Shown here one piece after another: positions 1 through 9,400 of a stretch of 64,000 bases of DNA. The position numbers and the translations under genes are program-made. The notes beneath the pieces were generated by a model. It was not told the DNA's origin. It saw only the letters and a list, made by a program, of their open reading frames with translations, and made no database searches. This DNA comes from Vulcanimicrobiota bacterium. GTDB taxonomy: Bacteria > Vulcanimicrobiota > Vulcanimicrobiia > Vulcanimicrobiales > Vulcanimicrobiaceae. Location: contig CAWETW010000001.1 in NCBI GenBank assembly GCA_963812155.1, positions 672,001-736,000 of the forward strand, written 5' to 3'. How positions within the stretch are numbered: the stretch's first letter is position 1; each line of letters begins with the position of its first letter.

Positions 1-1
1 C

Positions 2-187
2 CACACGGCGTTTCGAGTGGACGACATTGAACGGAAGCTCGACGAACTTCGGGCGGCCGGCGTGCGGCTGATCGACGAGCGGCCGCGCAAGGGAGCCCAC
101 GGTAATTCGATTGCGTTTCTTCATCCGAAATCGACCGGCGGCGTCCTGATCGAACTCTGTCAGCCGCCCGCCGCCAAGCCCTTCTAA
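2..187 (+). CDS. mce: Methylmalonyl-CoA epimerase / VOC family protein (3' part, runs off window start)
   Basis: Manual translation [54 protein letters not shown] matches the typical MCE C-terminus; TAA at 185-187. Confidence 0.8.
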   Translation, partial: HTAFRVDDIERKLDELRAAGVRLIDERPRKGAHGNSIAFLHPKSTGGVLIELCQPPAAKPF

Positions 188-262
188 CCGCGCCTTAACG
201 GCGGCCTAATCGGAACTACGAGCATCTTTCCGGCCTTTGGGGGACAATCGCTCCAGAGGTAT

Positions 263-2134
263 ATGCACAACATGACAAATAAGTGGTTTCTCGGCCTGCT
301 CACGGCGACCGCGTTCGCATCCTCGACGCTGCTTGCGACGGTCCCGGCCGGCGCGCAAGCTTACGCGCCTGGAACCTACGCACCCATAGTGAGCAACTCT
401 CCGATCTCCCCGCTCACCCCGGTGTCCCCAACGATGGAGCCCGCAGGCTGCCCGCAGTACGGCAGCGGCCAGTGGGCGTTCATTAGTAACGTTTGGGTTT
501 GGTGCCCGCCGAGTTCCGCGACGGCTCAGCCGCTCGTCGGCATGTCGGCGTTGGCGCCGTACGGCTTCGGCACCCCGCTGATGCCGCCGTCCATCGCCGC
601 GGCCCCGCCGGCGTACCCTTATGCGTATAATCCGTATGCATACGGCACGGCGCCCGCTGCGTACGCGTATCCGCAACAATACGGTTATCCGCAGCAACAA
701 TACGGCTACCCGCAGCAATACGCTTACGGCTATCCGCAGCAATACGGTTATCCGCAGCAGTCCGCGTATCCGCAGCAACCTTACGGCTACGGCTATCCGC
801 AGCAACCGTATGGCACGGCTACCCGCAGACCAGCTACGGCTACCCGCAGCAACCGTATGGCTACGGCTACCCACAGACCGGCTACGGCTACCCGCAGACC
901 GGCTATCCTCAGCAGTACGGTTACGGTTATCCGCAGACCGGCTACGGTTATCCGCAGACCGGCTACGGCTATCCGACAGCGTCGATCACCGGTAGCCCCA
1001 TCCTCGATATGCTGCTCGGAACGGTCGCGACGGGTTTGATCTCGTCGGCCTTCCAGCCGCAGTATCCGGGCTACGGCTACGGTTATCCGACCACCGGTTA
1101 CTATCCGCAGACCGGCTACGGTTACCCGTCAACCGGCTACGGCTACCCGTCAACCGGCTACGGCTACCCGTCTACCGGCTACGGCTATCCGAGCTACACC
1201 GGCTATCCCGGTTACGGCTCGCAGCTACCCGCAGTACGGCTACGGCTATCCGACCGGCGGCAACACGTACACCATCAACAAGTACTACTACTACGGCGGC
1301 AAATGGCACACGAAAGCGCCGACGCGTCCGCCGAACATGCACCCCGGACGGGTCGCTCAGCTCAACTACGCGAACCATCATCGCATCGCCAACGAGCAAT
1401 CGTTGATCGCTCACGACCGGTCGCGTATCGCCTACATCAAAGCACATAGCGACAATCAGGCGCGCATCAACCAGCTCAGACGCAACATCGCGTACAACGA
1501 TCACCGGATCGCCTCGCAGCGTCACATTGACAACGCGCGTAACCTGGAACGCGGACGGGCATTCGCCCAGACGCGGATGGCTCCGATGCACGCCAACGTT
1601 GCCAACCGGACGATGGCAGCCCACCCGATGACCGCTACGCACTTCGCAGCGCATCCGGTCAACGCTACGCACGTCGCAACGCATCCGATCTCGGCTCGCA
1701 CCTTCAGCGCGCCGGTTCGGCCGGCGAACCAAAACCGGTTCCAAGCACAAGCGCCGCGTACGTTCCAATCGCAAGCGCAAACGGAGCACGTGTTCCGTCC
1801 GCAGGCGCAAACGAACCGCACGTTCCAACCGCAGGCTCAGTCGGGACGCACGTTCCAGCCGCAAGCGCAGACGGAACGCCAGTTCCGCCCGCAGGCGCAA
1901 ACGGATCGCTCGTTCCAACCGCAAGCGCAGACCGAACGCCAGTTCCAACCGCAGCGCACGTTCCAGCCGCAGGCGCAGCCGCGCTCCTTCGAGCGCCAAG
2001 CGCCTCCGGCCCAACGTCAGGACCGCGCGAGCGGCGGCGGCGGCCAGCAAGCACCGCGTCAGCAGAGCGGCGGAAGCGGCGGCGGCGGTGGTGACCGCCA
2101 CGGCGGCGGCAAGCACCAGCAGCCTCCGGCCTAA
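263..2134 (+). CDS. Secreted low-complexity repeat protein (GYGYPQ/YPQQ repeats, His-rich segment, RTFQPQAQT repeats), about 623 aa after correcting two compensating frameshifts (near 815 and 1225)
   Basis: ORFs 263..1039, 1009..1449 and 1337..2134 join into one continuous repeat protein; first and last ORF share a frame; N-terminal signal peptide ending in AGA-Q; terminator follows. Confidence 0.7.
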
Positions 2135-2167
2135 CGCAACTCCGAACTCCTACTCCACCTCCACCCC

Positions 2168-2202
2168 GCGCCTCCCGGTAAACCCGGGAGGCGCCTTCGT
2201 TT
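2168..2202 (+). terminator. Intrinsic terminator hairpin between convergent genes
   Basis: Perfect 11-bp stem gcgcctcccgg-taaac-ccgggaggcgc followed by cttcgttt. Confidence 0.7.
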
Positions 2203-2243
2203 ACCGGCGACGCAGTGTCGCGCCCGTGGCAACGGACGCCGGT

Positions 2244-4418
2244 TTATGGAGTCGCTTCGGTGTGCGCGGCAGAGGTTCGGGGCGTGATGCGAATGGTTAC
2301 GCCGCCGTCGACGCCTCGAGAACTAATCTGCGTGAAAGTTACGTCGCCCTGAGCCGAGGGAGAGGTTGGGCCAAGTTCGATCGCGACGTGACCTTCCTGC
2401 CGTGGAGCCATGAGGAGGCCACGGAATGCCGCTTTCGGACTCGTGACCAGGTAAGTGTTTTTGCCTTCCGGCTTCAGTCCGTCGATCCGGCCGCCGCCGT
2501 CGTGCAGGGCGCGCGCTAAGGTCTCATCTAGGGTGATTCGGACGACGCCTGGGGAGAGCGAAGGTGCGATCTCAAGTTGCAGCGTTAACGGCTCGGTTTT
2601 GATGCCGATGTTGCGCACAATAAAGAAGCCCGGAGGACTCGAGTCCCCAGGTGCAACGACCTTAATATTCCGCCAGGCGAGGTCGTTATTGTCGGCGACA
2701 TCGGTATCAATTCCTAAGCCTTCGACCGGCGGCGTTGCCTGCGCACTCAAGACTCGCAAGTAAAGACAATAGTGGTCATTCAGCGGCGGGACAGCTGGCG
2801 GCACCCAAGGGATGGGACCGATGCTTGTGGTCGTACCGGGCTCGAGATACAACGTGATGAACTGCCGAGTTTCCGGGATCATCGTAAAGTTCGCCGGGTA
2901 CGTAAGGCCCGACGACGCAAGGGCATAGTAGACCGCAACCTCAGCGTAAACAACGCGCGGCGCATTTGGGCGCGTGTTTCGCAACGTTCCGTAAAGGTAG
3001 TTCGTAACGCCCGATACGGGATTTTGATGGTCGGCCGACGAGCCACAATTCCGGACGACGCCTCCGGCAGTCACCTGATCGCCATACCCGTCAACGGGGG
3101 CCACGCACGCAGGAGTCGTTACCGGCGCGAGGCGGTTCCATATATCCGGACTGATCCAGTGCGTTCCGGGTGATGGAACAGTACCATTATCCGTGACGTC
3201 GGTGGAGTTGTCCGCCATCCACGGATCGGCACTAGGGTCGGCCGGCGACGGCGCACTACAGTTGCTAGGGTGAAGGTCGCAGTAGTTGCGAAAGAGCGTG
3301 TCGATGAAGCCGTGCCAACGCCAAAACATCGGATCTTTCGGTGAACTCGCAAGGCACATACTGCCGAAACTCGTCCCACTCGTCTCGAAGAATGAGTTTC
3401 CCCCCATCACCGCGCCGATGTCGCAGTGCACTTGTCCGTGAAACCCTCCCTCGAACGAGGTAGTGAAAGCACTCAGGGTGGTATAGTCGGCAAGTCTCAA
3501 CTCCCCGCCGGAATCATGCGTTAGACCACCCGTCATGGTGTAGTAGGTTGGAATTCGATTGTTGTCAGGATTGTAAGTAAGCCGCAAGCTCGGTATTACG
3601 TCGAACTGTGGCCCTGTCGGGAGCGCTCTCCCCGGATACCAGGGCGCTACCGTGTTGTAACCAAATTCCTGACGCCAAAGATCGAAGCGGCGCACGAGCT
3701 CGCCGTGCCAGGAGAGGAAACCCATCCAGGCTGGGAAGGCCGATTGGTTTCCGTCAATATTTGCGTGCCAAAAGATGTGCTCGTCGATGACATGCCCGTC
3801 GAGCGGATTCGTTGCCGTTGGCGCCCGATGATTGGAAGTGTAAAAGTCCTCGGCCTGCTTGGTCATATCTGATTCGTTTCGCCCGACCGAATATGGCATC
3901 GTGACGCTGCACGTGCCGCCGCCGACCTTCGTGACGGCTAGGGTTACGTTTCGTGCAAAGGGCCCGTTGTTCGGTTCCATCTGGCCGGCAGCGGGGACCC
4001 AATAAAAACTCACGGAGCCTTGGCTCAAATCCGAGGCGGTGAGGGGCGTGGTCGACCAGGCTAACGCTGTTGCGAGCGGTGGAGATTGTTCCGTCCCTAA
4101 GTCTTCGTTATAGTCCTTGATGGTTGGACCATCGATGGACCATGTGTAGCTCGCAATCGAAAAGCCGGTTGCAGAGGCTGTAAGGACGACGTGTTCCCCA
4201 AAATTAAAGGTGGTCGCGACGGCGGGCGTCAGAGTAAGGCTATCGGAGGCCGCGGTAACGGAGAGCGACCCGCCGCTAGTGCACGGACTGGCGCTTGCCG
4301 GAATAGCGTATGCACAAGCAACAAGCGGTAACGCACAAAGCAAGACGCGCAACGCAGCCGTCGAACGGCCCTCGGCTTCAACGTTCCTAAAACGCATACT
4401 TCTCACGTTGTAGAGCAT
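2244..4418 (-). CDS. Secreted tyrosinase-family (type-3 di-copper) multidomain protein
   Basis: EHIFWH...FLSWHGELVRRFD (CuA) and FHGQVH...SPKDPMFWRWHGFID (CuB); signal peptide; PKD/Ig-like N-terminal region; C-terminal WISPDIWNR...HYCLYLRV...NNDLAWRNI accessory domain. Confidence 0.8.
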   Translation of the reverse strand: MLYNVRSMRFRNVEAEGRSTAALRVLLCALPLVACAYAIPASASPCTSGGSLSVTAASDSLTLTPAVATTFNFGEHVVLTASATGFSIASYTWSIDGPTIKDYNEDLGTEQSPPLATALAWSTTPLTASDLSQGSVSFYWVPAAGQMEPNNGPFARNVTLAVTKVGGGTCSVTMPYSVGRNESDMTKQAEDFYTSNHRAPTATNPLDGHVIDEHIFWHANIDGNQSAFPAWMGFLSWHGELVRRFDLWRQEFGYNTVAPWYPGRALPTGPQFDVIPSLRLTYNPDNNRIPTYYTMTGGLTHDSGGELRLADYTTLSAFTTSFEGGFHGQVHCDIGAVMGGNSFFETSGTSFGSMCLASSPKDPMFWRWHGFIDTLFRNYCDLHPSNCSAPSPADPSADPWMADNSTDVTDNGTVPSPGTHWISPDIWNRLAPVTTPACVAPVDGYGDQVTAGGVVRNCGSSADHQNPVSGVTNYLYGTLRNTRPNAPRVVYAEVAVYYALASSGLTYPANFTMIPETRQFITLYLEPGTTTSIGPIPWVPPAVPPLNDHYCLYLRVLSAQATPPVEGLGIDTDVADNNDLAWRNIKVVAPGDSSPPGFFIVRNIGIKTEPLTLQLEIAPSLSPGVVRITLDETLARALHDGGGRIDGLKPEGKNTYLVTSPKAAFRGLLMAPRQEGHVAIELGPTSPSAQGDVTFTQISSRGVDGGVTIRITPRTSAAHTEATP

Positions 4419-5413
4419 TAGCGAATGGGCCTTAAGTCGCCGTAGAGTTCGCCATTGGGAAAGCGGCTTGTGAACACGACTAAGCTAATCGCGGGGCTTT
4501 CGGCTGAGAGCAGTCGTGAAGCAGCGGCTCCGCTCTCGGTCGCCGTGATATTGTAAGATCCGCTGAGAGAACCGCCCCTCCTGTCGCGGGAGTATTGTAT
4601 TCCGGTTGCGGGTAAACGAAGAGTCGCACTTGACGAACGCGCTTTCGGAACCGAGCCTCCCGTAAGCACGGCTCTCGTGGGGACGCTTGACGTGGTGGCG
4701 ACAGTCAACGCGTAAAATACAGCCACCTTACCATCCGGCAGATAAGTCGCGCTCAGTATGGCGGTGCCCGTACCTTGGGAATGAGTGCCGGCGATCGGTG
4801 CTAGGTGCGACGCGTAGTTTACGACTTTCACCATAGCACTATTGAGCCCAAGCTGCCCGCGAATCTCGGCCCGTCCCGCACGAGTCTCAATTTCGACGTA
4901 CACCCTGCCGGCATCAAATTCACCGATGAAGTGGTTACTAAGCGCACTTGCATCCGCAACTTCTCCGGAAACCGTTGCTGATGTCTGTTGCGGACAATGC
5001 GACGCTTGCGGGCCGCAAAGCGTGACGACGACTTTCCCATCTTTCCCTGGTCCAAAGTTATAAAGGGCGATCGTCTCCGGCGCGCCGGTTTCCAGACCTT
5101 CATACGTAAGATTGTATTCTAAGCGGTGCGCGGCGCTGTCTAGTACAAAGGCGCCTGTCCCCGTAGCTTTTGACGAGTTTGGAGGTGACACTTGCTTAGC
5201 ATCAAGTTGAGCTACGAGCAGAACTTTGGCCGACATGCCCATGCCGGAATCGAGGGTCTCTGCACTTGCTGTTCCGAGGGCGCTTATAAGAACTGCAACG
5301 ATGACGACATTCGCTGCTCGGACGGTTGCAACAAAACGGATCGACCTTCGAATGCCTGTGGTGGATCGCCGCTGCATACAGGAGCGCGAACCGGGCCGTG
5401 TAGTCTGTGCCAT
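4418..5413 (-). CDS. Secreted tandem CHRD-domain protein
   Basis: Two copies of the CHRD pattern (LDAKQVSPP..ATGTG..VYVEIET..EIRGQL; GTGTA..VFTSRFPNGELYGDL); RBS gaggagagg before ATG 5413; stop overlaps the ATG of the tyrosinase gene. Confidence 0.75.
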   Translation of the reverse strand: MAQTTRPGSRSCMQRRSTTGIRRSIRFVATVRAANVVIVAVLISALGTASAETLDSGMGMSAKVLLVAQLDAKQVSPPNSSKATGTGAFVLDSAAHRLEYNLTYEGLETGAPETIALYNFGPGKDGKVVVTLCGPQASHCPQQTSATVSGEVADASALSNHFIGEFDAGRVYVEIETRAGRAEIRGQLGLNSAMVKVVNYASHLAPIAGTHSQGTGTAILSATYLPDGKVAVFYALTVATTSSVPTRAVLTGGSVPKARSSSATLRLPATGIQYSRDRRGGSLSGSYNITATESGAAASRLLSAESPAISLVVFTSRFPNGELYGDLRPIR

Positions 5414-5639
5414 TGCCTCTCCTCGCATTAGAGTCGATATCGAAAAACGATTCTCAAGCGTCGGCAAGCGGCAACCCCAGGCTCGGCTGGGCCCTGCCGG
5501 CGTTAAGCGTAACGTATTTAGCCAGAAAAGACTAGTCGAAGACCGCTACTCGAAGCGCTTTGTCTAGCAGCCGGAATCATCTCGCCGCAGCTCGAAAAGG
5601 ATCCCCATATGAGGAATCCGGGTTAAGACAGCCTTCTGC

Positions 5640-6032
5640 ATGAAGCGAAACCTCGTATTGCCGGTAACGTCGCTCCTCGCGATCCTTCTCGCATCATTCC
5701 ACCTGGTGGATGACATCGTATACGGGTCGGAAAAAGGCGTGGCATTAAACCTGCTGATAGTAGCCATTCTTGCCGTTTGGCTGTACGGAACGCTGATGCT
5801 GTCGGAACGTCGGGCGGGCTATATTATCATGCTGCTCGGATCGCTCGCCGGGCTGACCATCTTCTTCGTCCACGTCACCGGCGCCGGAGGCCTCCAAGGC
5901 ATCGAGATCGGTAAAATGAGCGGAGCGTTTTTCTTCGTCTGGACGCTGCTCGCGCTTGCCGTTGTTTCTCTTTTGTCGCTCACGGTGTCGGCGCAAGGTC
6001 TATGGAGCCTGTTACGCTCCAATCGGCATTAA
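5640..6032 (+). CDS. Small 4-TM hypothetical membrane protein
   Basis: 130-aa ORF with four hydrophobic segments. Confidence 0.7.
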   Translation: MKRNLVLPVTSLLAILLASFHLVDDIVYGSEKGVALNLLIVAILAVWLYGTLMLSERRAGYIIMLLGSLAGLTIFFVHVTGAGGLQGIEIGKMSGAFFFVWTLLALAVVSLLSLTVSAQGLWSLLRSNRH

Positions 6033-6033
6033 G

Positions 6034-6423
6034 CTACGTTTCGGGCGGTTTTCGAAAGCAGATCTCCAGTTTGTTGCCGTCGGCGTCTTCGAAAAATGTT
6101 GCGTAGTAAACGGGAGTGTACTCGTCGCAGACCTGGGGCGGCTCGAAGGCCGTTGCGCCGGCGTTTCGCGCCAATTCTGCGAGGCGATCGACCTCGGCGC
6201 GATCGGCGGCACGAAATGCAATGCGGTTTTCGTTTGACCGGTGTGCGGGCGCCAGGTCGAGCGCAAAGAACGCGGTGCAGCGATCGCTTTGCGGCTGGTA
6301 GTAGCAGATCGACTCAGCGTCTTCCACGATGCGAGTAAAGCCCATGGCCGGCAGCAGCGCATCGTAGAGCTTGCGCACTTTGGCAAAGTCGCTGACCCGC
6401 AGATCGATGTGATCGAACGGCAC
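6034..6423 (-). CDS. VOC/glyoxalase family protein
   Basis: FDHIDLRV...RIAFRA...YYATFFEDADGNKLEI. Confidence 0.85.
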   Translation of the reverse strand: MPFDHIDLRVSDFAKVRKLYDALLPAMGFTRIVEDAESICYYQPQSDRCTAFFALDLAPAHRSNENRIAFRAADRAEVDRLAELARNAGATAFEPPQVCDEYTPVYYATFFEDADGNKLEICFRKPPET

Positions 6424-6426
6424 TGC

Positions 6427-7071
6427 TTAATGTTTGAACAATGGCGTTTGCATCAATCCGTTGATAACGAACTGTGCGGCCAGAGCGGCAAGGATGATTC
6501 CCAGCAAACGGCTGATGACGTGAATGCCGGTGTTGCTGATCACTCGCAACAGCAGCGACGATCCGCGCATGCATACCCACGTTACGAACAACGCGATGGC
6601 GTAGGCCGCAACGACGACGGTCTGATTGGCGCGATCGCCGTGCGAGAGATCGACGAGCAGCAGCACCGTCGCGATCGTTCCGGGCCCGGCGATCATGGGT
6701 ACCGCCAACGGAAAGACGGCCGGATTCTCGGTGGCCGCGGCTTCGCGCTCCTCGGCTTCGGTTCGTTTCGCGCCGGTCGGACGCGCGAACAGCATGTCGA
6801 TCGCGATGAGAAAAAGCAGCACGCCGCCCGCAATGGTAAATGCCGGAAGCGTTATGCCCAGCGAGCCGAGCAGCGCGCGCCCGAGCAAACCCATGAACAA
6901 CATGATGCCGGCGGCTACCAGCACCGCTTGATCGATGATCTGATTGCGCCGCTTTGCCGAGACGCGCGCCGTCGCCCCGAGGGTGAGGGGAATCATGCCG
7001 ATCGGATCGATGATCGTAAAAGCCGTCGCGAAGGCAGTGGCGATGAAGCGGGCGTCCATCCCTCCCATCAT
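6427..7071 (-). CDS. MarC family membrane protein
   Basis: IIDPIG, IAGG, PLAVPMIAGPGTI and RLLGIILAALAAQF motifs. Confidence 0.9.
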   Translation of the reverse strand: MMGGMDARFIATAFATAFTIIDPIGMIPLTLGATARVSAKRRNQIIDQAVLVAAGIMLFMGLLGRALLGSLGITLPAFTIAGGVLLFLIAIDMLFARPTGAKRTEAEEREAAATENPAVFPLAVPMIAGPGTIATVLLLVDLSHGDRANQTVVVAAYAIALFVTWVCMRGSSLLLRVISNTGIHVISRLLGIILAALAAQFVINGLMQTPLFKH

Positions 7072-7111
7072 AGCAGGACAGTCAACGGGAAATCGAGTCC
7101 GCGTTAGGGAG

Positions 7112-7912
7112 CTAGTGCCGCTCTAGGAACTTTGTGAGCGCCGCGATCGTTTCGAGCGGGCTCTCTTCCATCAGCCAGTGCCCGGTGTTCTTGAGGACGA
7201 CGACGGTAACGTCGTCGGAAATCAGCCGTGCTTGCGCGCCGAGCGCAACGCCCAATGACTTGTCGCCGCCGATGGAAAGCACCGGCATGTTGAGCTTGTT
7301 CACGGCGAGCTTCGAGAAATCGACGGCGGTACTGGGAAAGGATTCAAAGTACGCCCAACCCGCGGCCATCCTCCCGGGGGGCGAGTAAGCGGCGACGTAT
7401 TCGTTGCGAGAGGCTTGCGACAGCGAGCGATTCGGATCGGCGGCAAACTCGTTCCAGTAATAATTGAAGTATATCCGCTCTCGCCCGGCAACCAATGCGA
7501 GCGGTGTAGACCCGCGAAAACGGAAGTGCCAGAGGTTGGGATTGTTATAGATCGGTTCCCAGCCTGCGACTCCAGGCAAGAATGCATCCATCAACGCGAG
7601 CCGGTCGACTTCGTGTGGGTACATCGCCGCGTAGGCGTACGCGACCATCAGGCCGATGTCGTGGCCGACCACCCGTACGCGGCTAAGCCCGAGGGAGTGC
7701 ACCGCATCGTGCACGCGCCGCGCCGCGGTCTAACCGTGCAGCAAAACAACAACCGGCCCGCGCCCTCCAACGGTAACGCTGACCATCCCACCGGACACGT
7801 TCACGCGATGCGTCACGAAGCCGTGGCCGAAGTCGACCGGGAACGCGCGCCCGGGCTGAGGCAGCAACACCGCTAAAGCGAGAGCGAGGGCGGGGAATAG
7901 GACAAATCTCAT
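7112..7912 (-). pseudogene. Secreted alpha/beta hydrolase (epoxide hydrolase-like) with internal deletion and in-frame TAG
   Basis: ORFs 7730..7912 and 7112..7714 are in the same frame, joined as VLLHG*TAARRVHDAV; the usual segment between LLHG and the pre-nucleophile helix is missing; GHDIG nucleophile and GHW are present. Confidence 0.75.
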
Positions 7913-7951
7913 GCGGCAATCATACTCCGCCGATGCTCGGACTGCTAGGAG

Positions 7952-8974
7952 CTACGACTTCACGGCGCGAGCCGAACTCCACAGCGCCCAACCGGGATTG
8001 ATTCGGTTCGGATAAAGGCCCAGCATCCCATCGTAGAGTTCTTGCGCGGTTCTTGTCGCTTCGGCTAACCGATCGAAATCGCGGATATATTGCCGCGTCT
8101 CTTCGATAACCCGCGGATTGTCGTCGTTTTCGGGTCGCTTATGCGAAGCGACGACCGCACGTGGGCTGAGCGACTCAACCTTGTCCAGGGCGGCAATCCA
8201 CTCTTGTCGCTTCTGTGCATTTGACTCGGCGAGATAGAGGTGAACGTCGTTGTACGCAACGTCTCCGGCAACTACAAGCCCAATCGACGGTACGTGCAGG
8301 CAGGTCGTATGATCCGTGTCGGTGTGACCGACCTCCACCGCAACGAGTTCTTGCCCTTCAATATCGATCGCGCTTCCCACGAGCTCTTTCGCAATCACGA
8401 GCGTGTCCGGAATCTGGCCCGGGAATGCGGCTTTCCAGACGCCATCGAGGGCCTCCGGGGAAGCATTCCGGCGCATAACCTCGATCGTGCTCGGCGTTGC
8501 CACCGCTCTTGCATTCGGGAACCGCTCGAGCAGCGTGCCGACGCCAAACCAGTGGTCTCCGTGCCCATGTGTAATGTAGATCGCCGTTAAGTTCTTATCT
8601 TTCGATGCGACCCAATCCGCCAAAGCATTGGCCTGCTCGACCGTCATAAAGCTATCCACGAGAACGGCGTCCTCGCTGCCGTAGATGAGCGTAGACGCCA
8701 TTGCCTGGAAATACGTCTCTCGTACACCAGGCGGCCGGTCCCGAGTGACAATAGGAATACCTGGCGTCACGTAGACTTCCCAGTTGAGGTCTTGCATAAC
8801 ACTCGTGCGCCTCTTAGCGCCTTCGCGCCATTCGCGCTCCACATTGGCAGCGTTTTCCGCGTCCGGGGTTTCCTCGGCCGGCGGTGGGGCCACGTCCGCA
8901 CCCGGATGCAGCTCGGGAACCTGCTTTTTGTCGTCTACGTGTTCGTCGCGTTTGCTTTGAATCCGACCAAACAT
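7952..8974 (-). CDS. MBL-fold metallo-hydrolase (core begins near 8797)
   Basis: THGHGDHW, GHTD and AGDV motifs; RBS gaggag upstream of 8980/8974. Confidence 0.85.
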   Translation of the reverse strand: MFGRIQSKRDEHVDDKKQVPELHPGADVAPPPAEETPDAENAANVEREWREGAKRRTSVMQDLNWEVYVTPGIPIVTRDRPPGVRETYFQAMASTLIYGSEDAVLVDSFMTVEQANALADWVASKDKNLTAIYITHGHGDHWFGVGTLLERFPNARAVATPSTIEVMRRNASPEALDGVWKAAFPGQIPDTLVIAKELVGSAIDIEGQELVAVEVGHTDTDHTTCLHVPSIGLVVAGDVAYNDVHLYLAESNAQKRQEWIAALDKVESLSPRAVVASHKRPENDDNPRVIEETRQYIRDFDRLAEATRTAQELYDGMLGLYPNRINPGWALWSSARAVKS

Positions 8975-9092
8975 CAGCAATCTCTCCTCAGACGTACCCT
9001 GACCGACAACCCTTTTCGCCGTTCTGTGGCTGACTATTGTACCATGCGGCGCGTCCGACGGCCGGAGGATTTACCTCTCGCGAGTTAGATTA

Positions 9093-9374
9093 GTGACTGG
9101 GTTGAACGAGCGCGCGGCTGCCGCAGCTTCTAAGGAAGAACCACTGGATACATCGCCGTTGGCGGCCTTCCGATATCGGGCATTCACGGTCGTGTGGATC
9201 GCGACCGTCGTTTCAAATATCGGCGGGTGGATGTACAGCGCCGCCGCCGGTTGGCTGATGACAAACCTGAGCAAAGATGCGTTCGTGGTGTCGCTCGTCC
9301 AAGTCGCGAGCAATGCGCCTTTGTTTCTTTTTGCCATCGCGGCCGGCGCTCGGCGTGGAACGTTCCTCACATAG
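9093..9374 (+). pseudogene. Truncated MFS transporter (first two TM helices only)
   Basis: FRYRAFTVVWIATVVSNIGGWM...WLMT...VSLVQVA...LFLFAIAAGA is an MFS N-terminus; similarity ends abruptly. Confidence 0.75.
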
Positions 9375-9400
9375 GCTCTCCGCCGAGGTTATAACTAACC

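Noticed and set aside
7715..7735. Amber readthrough or pyrrolysine recoding
   Set aside because: A conserved protein segment is missing at this point, so the TAG is best explained as a deletion junction; TAG is used as a normal stop elsewhere in the window
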